From NCBI RefSeq assembly GCF_004010195.1, contig NC_057718.1:101550559-101614558 (forward strand): 64,000 nucleotides of DNA, written 5' to 3'. Source of the stretch: Chiloscyllium plagiosum (taxonomy: Eukaryota). This document shows positions 11,385-23,149 of this stretch, one piece after another. The position numbers were made by a program, and so were the translations under genes. Numbering within the stretch: position 1 is the stretch's first letter; every line of letters begins with the position of its first letter. A model generated the notes under the pieces. The model saw only the letters and a program-made list of their open reading frames with translations, had not been told where the DNA came from and did no database searches.

Positions 11385-13140
11385 ATGAAGAACAAAATAC
11401 AGGAACAGGCCCTTCGGCCCTCCAACCCTGTGCCGACACATTTTGCTCTTCCATACTGAAACTGTCTTCCCTTACAGGATCTGTATCCCGCTATTCCCTT
11501 CCTATTCCTGTATTTATCCAGGTGCTACTTGAATGCTGCTGTTGTGTCTGCCTCCACCACCTCCTCTGGCAGCATGTTCCACACACACCCCACCCTTTGT
11601 GTGAAAATCCTACCTTGCACATCTTTTTTAAACATCCCCCCTCACACCTTGAACCGGTATCCCCTGTTAATTGACCCCACACACCCTATGAAAAGCTTCC
11701 TACTTTCCACTCTATCCATGCCATTCATAATCTTATAAACTTTTATCAGGTTGCCCCTCAACCTCCTGCGTTCCAGTGAAAACAAACCCAGCCTGTCCAA
11801 CCTTCCTTCATGGCTTAAAATTCCCCCATACTGGGCACCATCCTGGTAAATCTTTTCTGTACCCTCTTCAAAGCATCCAAATCCTTCTGGTAGTGTGGTG
11901 ACCAGAACGGTACGCAATATTCCAAGTGTGGCCTAACTAAAGTTCTATAAAGCTGCAGCATAACCTGTTTATCCTTGTACTCAATGTCCATTCCAATGAA
12001 GGTAAGCATGCCATAGGCCTTTTTTAAACTACCTTAACTACCTGTGCTGCCACCTTCAGTGATCTGTAGGCCTGCACACCCAGATCCCTCTGCATATCAA
12101 TACTCCTAAGGGTTCTGACATTCACTGTCTAATTTCCACCTGCACTTGACCTTCCGAAATGCATCACCTCGCATTTGTCCGGATTAAACTCCATCTGCCA
12201 TTGTTCTGTCCATGCCTCCAAATGCTCTATGTCCAGCTGTATCCTCTGACAATCGTCCTCACTATCTGCAACTCCACCAATCTTTGTACCATCCGCAAGC
12301 TTACTAATTAGACCAGCTACGTTTTCCTCCAAATCATTTATGTGGTCAACGAACAGCCGAGGTCTCAGCATTGATCCCTGTGGTACATCACTAGACACAA
12401 CCTTCCATTCCGAAAGGTATCCTTCCCCCACTACCCTCAGCCTCCTATGACTAAGCCAGTTCTGTATCCACCTTGCCAGGTCACCCCTGAAACTGACTTC
12501 TCTTTTTGCACCAGTCTGCCATGAAGGACCTTGTTAAAGACTTTACTGAAGTCCATTTGGACAACATCAACCGATTTTCCCTCAACAAACATCCTCAAAA
12601 AACATGATCAAGTTAGTGAGGCATGACCTCCCCCGCTCAAAACCAAGCCGTCTATTCGCTAATTAGTCCACTTGCTTCTAAATGCATACAGACCTTGTCC
12701 CTGAGAATCTTTCCAATAATTTCCCTCCCACTGATGTGAAGCTCACAGGCCTGTAATTACCTGGATTATCCCTGCTACCCTTCTTAAACAATGGGACAAC
12801 ATTGTCTATTCTCCAGTCCTCTGGCATCTCACCAGTGGCCAAAGAGGATACAAAGATGTCTGTCAATGGTCCAACAATTTGTTCCCTTTCCTCCCTCAAT
12901 ATTCAGGAATAGATCCCATCAGGACCCGAGGACTTATACACCTTAATACTTTTTAAGATGCACAGCACCTCTTCCCTTTTAATAGCAACTTGGATTAGAA
13001 ACTCAACATTCCCGTCCCTGAGATCATCCTCCACCAATTCTTTCTCTTTGGTGAATACCGTCACAGGGTATTTGATTAGGACCTTGGGATGTTGATGACT
13101 GATCCATACGGAGATGGGTTTGGTTGGGTCTACAGCCAAA
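11385..13140 (-). mobile_element. CR1-type LINE, RT region to 3' end, with frameshifts and deletions
   Basis: ORF pieces KSSGPDGIY, PEDWRIDNVVPLFKKGSRDNPGNYRPVS, VPQGSMLRP, SKLADGTK, WQMEFNPDKC and VRPHLEYC are collinear. Confidence 0.95.
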
Positions 13141-13198
13141 ATCCAGACTTCTGACAGTTATTTCAAAGTTCCAGCGACCTCTCTCAAAGACGTCTGCT

Positions 13199-13280
13199 GG
13201 AAGGGTTTTTGCCCGAAACGTTGATTTTCCTGCTCCTTGGATGCTGCCTGACTGGCTGTGCTTTTCCAGCAACACACTCA
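13199..13280 (+). mobile_element. Partial family H1 hammerhead-type short repeat
   Basis: GAAGGGTTTTTGCCCGAAACGTTGATTTTCCTGCTCC...GTGCTTTTCCAGC. Confidence 0.75.
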
Positions 13281-13740
13281 CTTTTGCCTCAAAGATGTCT
13301 GTACCTAGCCTGAGGCCGCACGGATGGAAATGTAGCACCCAGCTCATTCCACCCATTCTTTTTCACGTTTTTGTGTGATCACATTGCTACTGTAGTAAGA
13401 GAGCAATTAGAATGTATGAATTTCCCCAGGCCATTCACCCCCAGTGCTGATTAAATGTCTTTCCTTTGCAGTATTTATTTATTTCAGATTCTAATCTTGG
13501 CACAACGTTAATTAAACAGTCTGGTTTCAGTTAGAGCCACTTGCTAGTTCAGGGTAAAAAGGTTGTAAATCCCTTTGTGGTTTGCAATCAATTACCTGCA
13601 GCATGCCACAACAGATTGCTGTAATTTTGCTCCCACTTTCATCATGTCTGTGTGAGAAAAAAACACATGGTTGTGCATTTTGATTTTTTTTCTGTACATC
13701 GCAGTTTATTATTTTGGTTCCAGCATTGCTTCCTTCCTTC

Positions 13741-14084
13741 TGGCATGGTGGCTCTTTGGTTAGCACTGCTGCCTCACAGCGCCAAGGACCTGGGTTCGAT
13801 TCCAGCCTCGGGTGACTGACTGTATGGAGTTTGCACATTCTCCCCATGTCTGTGTGGGTTTCCTCCAGTTGCTCCAGTTTCCCCCCACAGTCCAAAGATG
13901 TTAGGATGGGTTGACCATGCTATATTGCTCATAGGGTCCAGGGTTGTGTGCCTTAGGTGGACTGGCCATGGGAAATGCAGGATTATGGGGATGGACTGGG
14001 TCTGGGTGGAATACTCTTTGGATGGTCAGTGCAGACTCAATGGGCTGAATGGCCTGCTTCCACACTTATCGGATGCTCATGATT
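13741..14084 (+). mobile_element. HE1-type SINE
   Basis: A box, B box (GGTTCGATTCC) and HE1 core. Confidence 0.9.
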
Positions 14085-14491
14085 TGGAGATGCCAGTGTT
14101 GGACTGGGGTGTACAAAGTTAAAAATCATAATTAGGAGGTGGCAGTGCCTTCAATTGAACAGAGTTAGACTCCACCAGGTTCTGTCTCTGAATCCTTCCA
14201 CATAATTGGAAGCACTAGCTTTCGGAGCGCTGCTCCTTCATCAGGTGGTTGTGCAGCATAAGATTGTAAGACACAGAATTTATAATAAAAGTTTACAGTA
14301 TGTCATTCTAACAGATGAGAGACTTAACAAACAATCCAGGCCTTTTCCAATATATAATTTCAGTTACAACACACTGTAAATTTTTGCTATAAATTCTTAG
14401 TCTTACAATCTCATACTCCACAACCACCTCCAAAAGCTAATGGTTCCAAATAAACCTTTTGGTAACCTGGTGTTGTGTGATTTTTTTAACT
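14085..14491. mobile_element. Family H2 Penelope-like fold-back element with an intact hammerhead core (14213-14247, minus strand)
   Basis: Inverted arms; flanking imperfect direct repeat TTATCGGATGCTCATGATT (14066-14084) / TTATCGGATACCATGATT (14492-14509). Confidence 0.75.
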
Positions 14492-14964
14492 TTATCGGAT
14501 ACCATGATTCCTGAGCTGGTGGGCTGTGGCCACCGTCATAATTAGGAGGTGGCAGTGCCTTCAATTGAACAGAGTTAGACTCCACCAGGTTCTGTCTCTG
14601 AATCCTTCCACAATGCAGAGGTCAATAGCCCCCATCACAAAGAGCTTTAGCCAGTCAAAGACATGTTGTAAGAGTTGTCCTGATCTACATCAGGGCAAAG
14701 ATTGAAAATTGTTCAGTCATGGGGTCCAGAACGCTACTGTCACAAGTAACCACCTTCAACAGTAAAGCAAATTGCTTCTCATTTTAGTCTTCCCAACCCC
14801 AAATCCAAATCCAGCATTGGACTCCTGTTGAATATTGGTTGTATTTTGAGGAGAGATCAAGTAAAATGGGTCCATGCTCGCTGGTGTGAATGAGAGGTGA
14901 TCTCATTGAAGTCTATAAAGTTTATAAAAGGATTGAAAAGGCAGGTAACCAAAGAAAAATCCCA

Positions 14965-15168
14965 AAACAAAAACTAAACAAAGAGCTGTGGATGCTGGAG
15001 ATCAGAAACAAAAACCAATTTCTGGAGAAGCTCAGCAGGTCTGGCAGCATCTCTGCAGAGAAAGCAGGGTTAAGGGGTCACTGGACTCAAACATTAACTC
15101 TGCTTTCTCTCTGCACAAAGGCTGCCAAGCCTGCTGAGTTTCTCCAGCAATTTCTGTTCTACTTTTTG
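14965..15168. mobile_element. Family H3 fold-back short element
   Basis: CTGGAGAAGCTCAGCAGG...GTTAA followed by its reverse complement TTAAC...CCTGCTGAGTTTCTCCAG. Confidence 0.75.
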
Positions 15169-15589
15169 ACAAGACAGGTGCTGGCTGGAAAGCCAAGAGG
15201 AAGAATTGTCACACGTTCAGGAGTTGGTCATTTCAGACTCCAATGAAATGGCCTCACTCAGAGGGTGTCATGAAACTTTGAGGGTTTCTTTTATCTCCGG
15301 GAACTGTTGGCGTTTAGTTGTCGAGTATGTACAAGGCTTGAGATGGATAGACCTTTGGGCGCAAAGGGAACTGGGAAATAAAGGGCAGAAAGGTGGAATG
15401 GATGGTGAAATTCAGCTGTAATTTATTAAGTAGCAGTGCAGGCTGGAGGGACCGAATGGCCCATTCCTGCTCATGCTTCTTCCATCATTGTGATGGTAAC
15501 TGTTCACATTTGTCTCCTGGACTTAGAATAACCACCATCGCTGGGCTTCGCAAAGTGCATTACTAGACTTAACTCAACACACACACAGG

Positions 15590-15922
15590 CTAGCACTGCT
15601 GCCTCACGTTTCCAGGGACCTGGGTTCGATTCCAGCCTCGGGTGACTGTCTGTGTGGAGTTTGCACATTCTCCCCATGTCTGTGTGGGTTTTCCCCGGGT
15701 GCTCCAGTTTCCTTCCACAGTCCAAACATGTGCAGGTTAGGTGCTAAACCCATAGTATCCAGGGATGTGTGGATGTGTGGGCTAGGTGGATTAGCCATGG
15801 TATGTGTGGGGTTATGGGGCAAGGATTGGGGGCTGGGTCTGAGTGGGATGCTCTTCAGAGGGTCAGTGTGGACTCGATGGGCCAATTGGCCTGCTTCCGC
15901 GCTATAGATGGTCTATGATCTG
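15590..15922 (+). mobile_element. HE1-type SINE, slightly 5'-truncated
   Basis: TAGCACTGCTGCCTCAC, B box, core and tail. Confidence 0.9.
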
Positions 15923-15924
15923 AC

Positions 15925-16222
15925 ATTAGATTAGATTAGATTCCCTACAGTGTGGAAACAGACGCTTCGGCCCAACAAGTCCACACCGACCCTCCGAAGA
16001 GCAACCCGCCCAGACCCATTTCCCTACATTTACCCTTTCGCCTAACACTATGGGCAATTTAGCATGGCCAATTCACCTAACCTGCACATCTTTGGCTTGT
16101 GGGAGGAAACTGGAGCACCCAGAGGAAACCCACGCAGGCACAGGGAGAATGTGCAAACTCCACACAGACAGTTGCCCAAGGCGAGAATTGAACCCGGGTC
16201 TCTGACGCTGTGAGGCATTGGC
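15925..16222 (-). mobile_element. HE1-type SINE, tail-to-tail with the previous copy
   Basis: (ATTAG)n tail, then TCCCTACAGTGTGGAAACAG...GAATTGAACCCGGG. Confidence 0.9.
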
Positions 16223-16927
16223 ACCTCCCCATGCCCGGTTTCTATGTCACTGTGGTATTTTCCTTGTATATCCCTGGCTTGTTAGGCTTCCATAAAAATG
16301 TCTTTGTACTATTCATCTTTAAACAACAGCGATAAGTGCCATGCACACATGCTAAAAGCACCATTTTCCAGTCAATATAAAATGTGATACTTAACAAAAA
16401 CAGCGAGATTGTGAAGGTTAAAGCTCCAAGCTTTTATGGAATGTATTAGTGACTCATTAAAAGCACTGAAGCCTTGTTTGCATTAAAAGCCATGACAACG
16501 AAGAGATTTAGCAGAACCCTGAAAGGGGTTTCTTATCAGTGCCTATCCATGCTGTCTCAGCTGCTGCACAAGTTAGATTTATGTCCGTCTGTATCTCTCT
16601 TTAATCATTGAGCTGTCCCATGAGGAGGTCTGTCCCGTTCCTCTTTCTGGTTTTGGTCGGCTTGGTGAATGCATGTGTATTTTAATCATATTTATTCTGG
16701 CTGGTCAACTCTTTGTTACTGTGCCACGAGTACTTGAGTTATTAGCTTCAACCCATAAGCTTGTACCAACCATGGGGTGAAACCATGGTGCCTTGGAGCT
16801 GTATGAGGTGTTACGTTACTGAAGGCTGAATCAGGATCTTTGTTATAATCAGGATGTTGGTAGGAATTGCTGCAACTCGCTGTTTCCGTTACTGCTCACG
16901 TGGTGGTTGGCCCCATGTGTAAGGGAT

Positions 16928-17120
16928 GAGTCGAAAAGTGTGGCGCTCGAAAAGCACAGCAGGTCAGGCAGCATCCCGAGGAGCAGGAGAGTCGACATTT
17001 CGGGCATTCCTAATGAAGGGCTTATGCCTGAAACATTGACTCGCCTGCTCCTCGGATGCTGCCTGACCTGCGCCACCCTTTTCGACTCTGACTCTCCAGC
17101 ATCTGCCGTCCTCACTTTCT
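16928..17120. mobile_element. Family H1 fold-back short element
   Basis: GCAGGTCAGGCAGCATCCCGAGGAGCAGG and the inverted CCTGCTCCTCGGATGCTGCCTGACCTGC around a decayed hammerhead centre. Confidence 0.8.
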
Positions 17121-17171
17121 GCTAGTCCTGTATTGCAGCATGGTCTCCCTCACACTCAGAATGGGCCCTTG

Positions 17172-17452
17172 ATAGAACATAAAACATAGAACAGTACAGG
17201 CCCTTCGGCCCACAATGTTGTAACTAGCATTTATCTTCATCAGAGATCAACCTAACCTACACACCCCTCAATTTACTGTCATCTATGTGCTTGTCCAACA
17301 GTCACTTAAATGTCGCTAATGTCTCTGACTCTACTACAACTGCTGGCAGTGTATTCCACACACCCACCACTCTTTGTGTAAAGAACCGACCTCTGACATC
17401 TCCCCTAAACCTTCCTCCACCCACCTTAACATTATGACCCTTCGTGACAGCC
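17172..17452 (-). mobile_element. CR1/HER1-type LINE 3' end
   Basis: (CATAGAA)n-like tail and GTACAGGCCCTTCGGCC; similar to 49245-49570 and the start of 52515-53775. Confidence 0.8.
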
Positions 17453-18097
17453 ACTGTTTGGAAGCAATTTTAGGCCCATTCAAGGGGAAGCTACATCATC
17501 AGAGGGAGGGAGGAAGGAAGCAAAGGACATGTTGATGGGATTGGATGGGTTAAACCTTGTGTAGAAAGAGGCTTGAGAATGTGGGACTGACCACCTCAGC
17601 GAGAAAGAAGGGAATAGAGGGCAATACTGGTAGAGTTAGGCAAGTGAGGCTCAGGTACCAGCATGGGCTGGTTGGGCAGAACGGCCTATTTCTGTGCTGT
17701 AAACTCTGAGTAATTCCGTGAGATCCATTATTCTAAATTGCTGTAATTTTGATGTTAGTGGCGAGATTACTCAACAAAGGCACAGTGACAGTTTAGAAAC
17801 AATTGAGGCAGTGATTTTTGACAGATACATCCAAGAGATTTTTTTGCTGCAGTGGTTGTTTCTTTTTGTTCATTTACCGGCTGTCGGCTTCACCGGCTGA
17901 GCCAGCACTTACAGATGATGAACACTGGTGTCATTGTGTATCGGCGGTGCAGGGAGTGAATATTGAAGGTGGCGAAATGGGGTAGCAAACAAGCAGCCTG
18001 GTGTGTGCTGGATGGTGTCAAGCTTCTTGAGTGTTGTTGGAGCTGCCCCCATCCAGGCAAGTGCGGAGTGTTCCATCCTGACTCCATAGATGGTGCA

Positions 18098-18322
18098 CCA
18101 GGTCAGAAGTCACACAACACCAGGTTATAGTCCAACAGGTTAATTTGAAATCACAAGCTTTTGGAGCACCGCTCCTTCATCAGGTGAAGTCACGCCAGCA
18201 CTTCAGCACTTTGCCAGCTGAAGGAGCGGTGCTCCGAAAGCTTGTGATTTCAAATTAACCTGTTGGACTATAACCTGGTCTTGTGTGAGTTCTGGCCTTG
18301 TCTATCACCAGCACCTCCACAA
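18098..18322. mobile_element. Family H2 fold-back short element
   Basis: About 80-bp inverted arms: CCAGGTTATAGTCCAACAGGTTAATTTGAAATCACAAGCTT / AAGCTTGTGATTTCAAATTAACCTGTTGGACTATAACCTGG. Confidence 0.85.
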
Positions 18323-18456
18323 CGTTGCTGATAGTGAGACAGGCTTTAGGGATTCAGAAAGTGAGTTACTTGCCACAGAATGTCCAGACTCTACTCTCAT
18401 AGGAACAGTGTTTTTGTGGGAGGAGCAGTTCAGTTTCTGATCAACAGTTGCACCAG

Positions 18457-18557
18457 CAACGAAAACAGAAATTGCTGGAGAAATTCAGCAGGTCTGGCAG
18501 CATCTGTAGAGGGAGAATCAGAGTTAACATTGCGGCTCCGATGACCCTTCATCATAA
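18457..18557 (-). mobile_element. Family H3 short repeat
   Basis: AACAGAAATTGCTGGAGAAATTCAGCAGGTCTGGCAGCATCTG...GACCCTTCATCA. Confidence 0.7.
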
Positions 18558-18627
18558 CCAGTAATACCAGAATGTTGCTTGTGGGGATTCAGTGATCACA
18601 ATGCCATTGAATGTCGAGCAGTATTGT

Positions 18628-18770
18628 GTCGGCTGAGGTTACCTTGAAGGTCTTGTTGTCTCAACTTCGTCCCTCAGCTGAGATGTGGTGGTCCTCAGGT
18701 TAAACCACCACCAGTTGTCTCTTTCTAAGAAGAGAGCAGCCCTGTAGTCCTCTGGAACTATGATGACTTT
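18628..18770 (+). mobile_element. SINE family C, partial
   Basis: GGCTGAGGTTACC...GGTTAAACCACCACCAGT shared with 35735-35905 and 37291-37517. Confidence 0.65.
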
Positions 18771-19037
18771 GTAGAGGGTAGTAGTTAATTTCTGTCTTAC
18801 TGGAGGTGGTCATTGCCTGATACTTGTGGTAGCATGAATGTCACTTGCCACTTGTCAGCCTAAGCCTGGATAGTGACCAGATCTTGCTGCCTTTGGAACA
18901 TCAGACATCCCCACTTCTGACCTTACGATGGAGGGAAGGCCATTGATTAAACAGCTGAAGGTGGCTGGGTCTAGGACACTACCCTGAGGAACTCCTGCAG
19001 AGGTGTCCTAGAGCTGAGATGACTGACCTCCAACAAC

Positions 19038-19175
19038 TAGGAGAAAGTGAGGACTGCAGATGCTGGAGAGTCAGAGTGGAAAAGTGTAGCACTGGAAAAG
19101 CATAGCAGGTCAGGCAGCATTCGAGGAGCAGAAGGATCGATATTTTGGGCAGAAGCCTTTCATCAGGAATGATAT
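19038..19175 (-). mobile_element. Family H1 short element with a 9-bp flanking direct repeat
   Basis: TCCAACAAC at 19029-19037 and 19176-19184; element ends TTCATCAGGAATG (reverse of CTGATGAA). Confidence 0.8.
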
Positions 19176-19989
19176 TCCAACAACAACAACAACCATCTTC
19201 TTACATATCAGGGATGACTCCAACCAGCAGACAGCTTTTCTCCTGATTCCCATTGACTTCAGTCTTGCGAGGTGTTTCTGAGATTACCTCCATCAAATGT
19301 CACATGATCACAAAGGCATTCACTGACGTCATCTCTGGAGTTCAGCTCCTTTGTCTCGGTTTGTATCAAGACTCTTATGAGGTCAAGACCTAAGTGCAGT
19401 TGGTTGGAACCCAAACTGAGTGTCAATGAGTAGGATATTTCTGAGTAATTACACTGATAGAGCTGTTGCTTACCCTTTACATCACTTTGATCAAGCATAG
19501 ACCAACAGGATGGTAATTGGCTGGGTTGGATTTGTCCTGCATTTTGTGTACAGGACATACCTGGGCAATTTTCCATATTGTTGGGTAGATGCCATGGTTG
19601 TCACTGTACTGGAACAGCTTAGCTAGGAGTGTGGAGAGTTCTGAAGCACAACTCTTCAGTACTGCTGCACATTGTTGTCAGAGCACATAGCCTTTAGAGT
19701 ATCCAATCCCTCAGCCGTTTCTTAATATCATGTGAAGTGAGTCAAATTGGGTTGCAGTCTGGCAACTGTGAGAATGGGATCCTCGGGAGTAGGCCAAGGT
19801 GGATCATCCACTCAGCACTTCTGGCTGAAGATTGCTTTGCCCTTCTGAGGCGATGTGCTGGGCTCTGGCATTGTTGAGGAGAGGAGTGGTTGTTGAGCCC
19901 TCTCTTCCAGGGAATTGTTCACTTACCCACCACGATTCACAGCTGGATATTTTCATCAATTATTTGGAAGGTAAATCTACAACTTTGGA

Positions 19990-20470
19990 GTTTGTAGCAA
20001 TTCATACAACTGAATGGCTCGCTAGGGGACTTCAGAGGGCAATTGCGAGTCACCTATCTTGCTGTGGGTCTGGAGTCACATGTAGGCCAGACCTGGTAAG
20101 GAAGGCAGTTTCCTTTCCTGAAGGACATCAGAGATCCAGGTGGGTTTTCCCAACAATCAACAACGGTTTCATGGTCATCATTAGACTCTTAATTCCTGAG
20201 TTTTTTAAAAAACTCAGATTCCACCATCTGGTATGGTGGGATTCCAACCTGGGTCCTCAGAACTTTAGCCGAGTTTCTGGATTAATAGTTCCGAGGAAGG
20301 ATCGCTGGACCCAAAACATTAACTTGGATTTCTCTTCACAGGTGCTGCCAGACCTTCTGAGCTTTTTCTGCAGCTTCTGTTTTTGTCTCTGCTTTACAGC
20401 ACCCGCAGTTCTTTCAGTTTGTTATCTGGATTAATAGTCTAGTGATAATGCTACTAGACCATTGCCTCCC
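19990..20470 (-). mobile_element. tRNA-derived SINE family B, split by an H3 insertion
   Basis: TGTGGGTCTGGAGTCACATGTAGGCCAGACC core, reverse of 23150-23465. Confidence 0.8.
20290..20424 (+). mobile_element. Family H3 short element with a perfect 14-bp target-site duplication
   Basis: TCTGGATTAATAGT at 20276-20289 and 20425-20438. Confidence 0.85.
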
Positions 20471-20907
20471 CATCCCTCACACTCTGTGATGACTTCTGCA
20501 CCACAAGAGTGCACAGCCTAATCAAAGTTATGTGTTAATGGTAAAAAATACTTTAAATTATTAAAGTTTTTCAAACACTAGGGTCCTATTTCTGCAATTT
20601 AGAAGATTAAGGAAGGCTTTGTTTCTGGACATGAAAGCTAATAGATAAGTAGATAGGGAAATGTATTTTCTACACATTGAGTGGGAGAGCTCCAAGACTC
20701 AGGAACATTATCAAAAGATTACAGCCTTTCAGGAGTGAAATTTAGAAGCATTTCCCCACAAGCAAGTTGATAGGTTACTTGTGATGAAATAAAGATGGAA
20801 TTCTCCTCTGAAAAATAAAAAGAAATAAGATCTCAAAGGGCCTCCACAGCACAGATGCAGAAAAGTTGTTTCCTGTTGTGGGAGAGGTTAGAACCAGGTG
20901 ATTCATA

Positions 20908-21153
20908 TAAAATAAAGAACTGCGAATGCCAGACATCTGAAACAAACAGGATTGAAATTGCTGGAGAAACTCAGCAGGTCTGGCAGCATTTGTGGAGAGA
21001 GAAACAGAGTTAACATTTTGAGCACACCGACTCTTCTTCAGAATAGAACAAGAGTTTTGAAGTAAGGTCACTGGATTGGAAATGTAATGCTATTTTCTCT
21101 CTCTGCAGATGCTGCTAGGTCTGCTGAGTTTCTCCAACTATTTGTTTTTATTT
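20908..21153. mobile_element. Family H3 fold-back short element
   Basis: TGGAGAAACTCAGCAGGTCTGGCAGCAT and the inverted ATGCTGCTAGGTCTGCTGAGTTTCTCCA. Confidence 0.75.
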
Positions 21154-21521
21154 GCTTCATAACCCAAGCAATCTGTCTTTACATATTTAGGTAGCTGCCC
21201 TTCTTTCAATAAATTACTTGGTGAATACTACATACAAAATGTCTGGTGCAAAGCCAGTGATAAAGATAATTGAGATCAAGTTTTGTAGTCTTATAGTGAC
21301 GGACTGCCAATCTAACTTAAATTTTGTTCCCCCTTCTTAAAGAAACCATGCAGAGAGTCAGCACAGACTCAATGGGCCAGATGGCCTCTTTCTGTGCTGT
21401 AATGGTTGCATGAAAAACAGAAACTTGAATTTATTACCTTTAATGTAGTCAAATGTCCCAAGACACTTCACAGGAGGAATTAACAACCCAAATTTGACAG
21501 ACCTAAGAACAGTTTAGCCAA

Positions 21522-21800
21522 GGGGTGGTTAGCACTGTTACCTCAGAGCGCCAAGGATCTGAATTTGATTCCAGCCTCGGGCGGCTGTCTGTGTGGAGTT
21601 TGCACATTCTCCCCGTGTCTGTGTGGGTTTCCTCCGGGTGCTCCAGTTTCCTCCCACAATCCAAAGATGTGCAGGTTAGGTGGATTGGCCGTGCTAAATT
21701 GCCCATAGTGTTAAGGATTGGGCAGGTTAGGTGGATTAACGAGAGGACATTTGGGATTATAGGGGTGGGTCGGTGTGGGCTTCCACTGTAGGGATTCTAA
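21522..21800 (+). mobile_element. HE1-type SINE
   Basis: Head, core and shortened tail. Confidence 0.9.
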
Positions 21801-22344
21801 GATGGATGATCTGAAGAGGTAGGCTATCAGAAATTCTTTAAAGGAGGGGGAAAAGAGAAGCGCCAATGTTTAAGAAAGGAATTTCAGATCTTGAGGTGTG
21901 AATAAATTAGAGCATACATGATCGTGTATGTTTGGCACTACTCCTTACTGTTGTCTCCATCTACCTTATGATGCCATGTGGTGAAAGGGACCACTTAATG
22001 TCTGGCGAAAGACAAGATCATTCTTGCTAAACAGACCCTGTTCATTATGTATTACTCATCAGCTGCTTACGTTAGGTTTGAGATACAGTATTGTCAGTTG
22101 CAAGACATCAGGCTCAACGCCAGAATACAAACACGTTAATGCTGCCGAAACTCTCTCAAAGAACTGGTAACTAATCACAGAGCCCCAGCGGCTCCTGCTG
22201 AGCTCTATCCAGGGATAATCCATTCTCTCCTGATGGGCGGAAACTTTCTCCATTAACCCTTTCAGATCTCAACTGCCTTTTCAACATAGCAGTGGCCAGA
22301 ACTGGAGGAGCACACAGCAGGTTAAGGTGTCGCCAGTGACTAAA

Positions 22345-23075
22345 TTTAGCATTTGTTACTAAAGGAATCTAGTATCAAGGTAGGGAAATGTTGCAACTGT
22401 ACATGGCATTAATGAGACCACACCTGGAGTTTTGTGTACACTTTTGATCCGCTTATGTTATTGGATGTAGTTGTATGGGAGACAGTTCAGAGGAGATTCA
22501 CTAAGTTCATTCCAGAGATGAAGGATCTGTGTTATGATGTAAAATCAAGCAGTTTAGGCCAATACTGTTTCGACTTTAGAAAAGTGAAAGGCAGTCTTTG
22601 GAGGTAGAGAAGTTTCTAAAGGGGATTGACGAAGAAAGGGTGTTTCCTTGTGGGGCATTTTAAAATGAGAGGTCATAGTTTTAGGATAAAGAGGGTGGGC
22701 AGATTTGAAACAGAGATGAGGAGAAGTTACTTCTCTCAAACAGTCATGAATCCATGGAGTTCACTCGCCCAAAGTGCTTTGGATGCTGTCGAAACGTGTG
22801 GCGCTGGAAAAGCACAGCAGGTCGGGCAGCATCCGAAGAGCAGGAGAGTCGACATTCCAGGCATAAGCCCTTCATCAGGAATGTTTCTCAGTTTCTCCTG
22901 CTTTGGATGATGGGACGTTGACTAAATTTAGGGAGGAGGTAGACAGAGTTTTAAATAGTAATGGCTTGAAGAACAGGCAGGAAATTGAGGCCGAGATTAG
23001 CCGCGATCATATGGAATGGTGGAGCAGGCTGGAGGGGCTGAATGGCCTACTCCTGCTTCTAGCTCTTATGTTCTC
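22345..23075 (+). mobile_element. CR1-type LINE 3' fragment containing an H1 insertion
   Basis: RGHSFRIK...MRRSYFSQTVMNPWSSL motif and CR1 tail. Confidence 0.8.
22789..22898 (-). mobile_element. Family H1 short element with a 14-bp target-site duplication (1 mismatch)
   Basis: TGCTTTGGATGCTG (22775-22788) / TGCTTTGGATGATG (22899-22912). Confidence 0.8.
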
Positions 23076-23149
23076 ACAAATCACAGACTTTTTAACAGTG
23101 CTGAAGGAGGCCCACTGTGCCTCTATCATGTAGGATAGTATGATTCTCT

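Larger units (their letters stand above)
17900..19945 (-). mobile_element. CR1-group LINE family B RT region interrupted by four short insertions
   Basis: Reverse strand encodes GVPQGSVLDP..FSCLINGLP (about 18925-18995) and WKIAQVCPVHK..DKSNPAN (about 19510-19575). Confidence 0.8.

Noticed and set aside
16928..17120. Fold-back repeats as pre-miRNAs or classical MITEs
   Set aside because: Asymmetric arms, variable long TSDs and hammerhead motifs fit a Penelope-type origin better; no expression data.
19832..20434. 200-aa ORF
   Set aside because: It spans LINE B, SINE B and an H3 insert, so it is a chimera of repeats.
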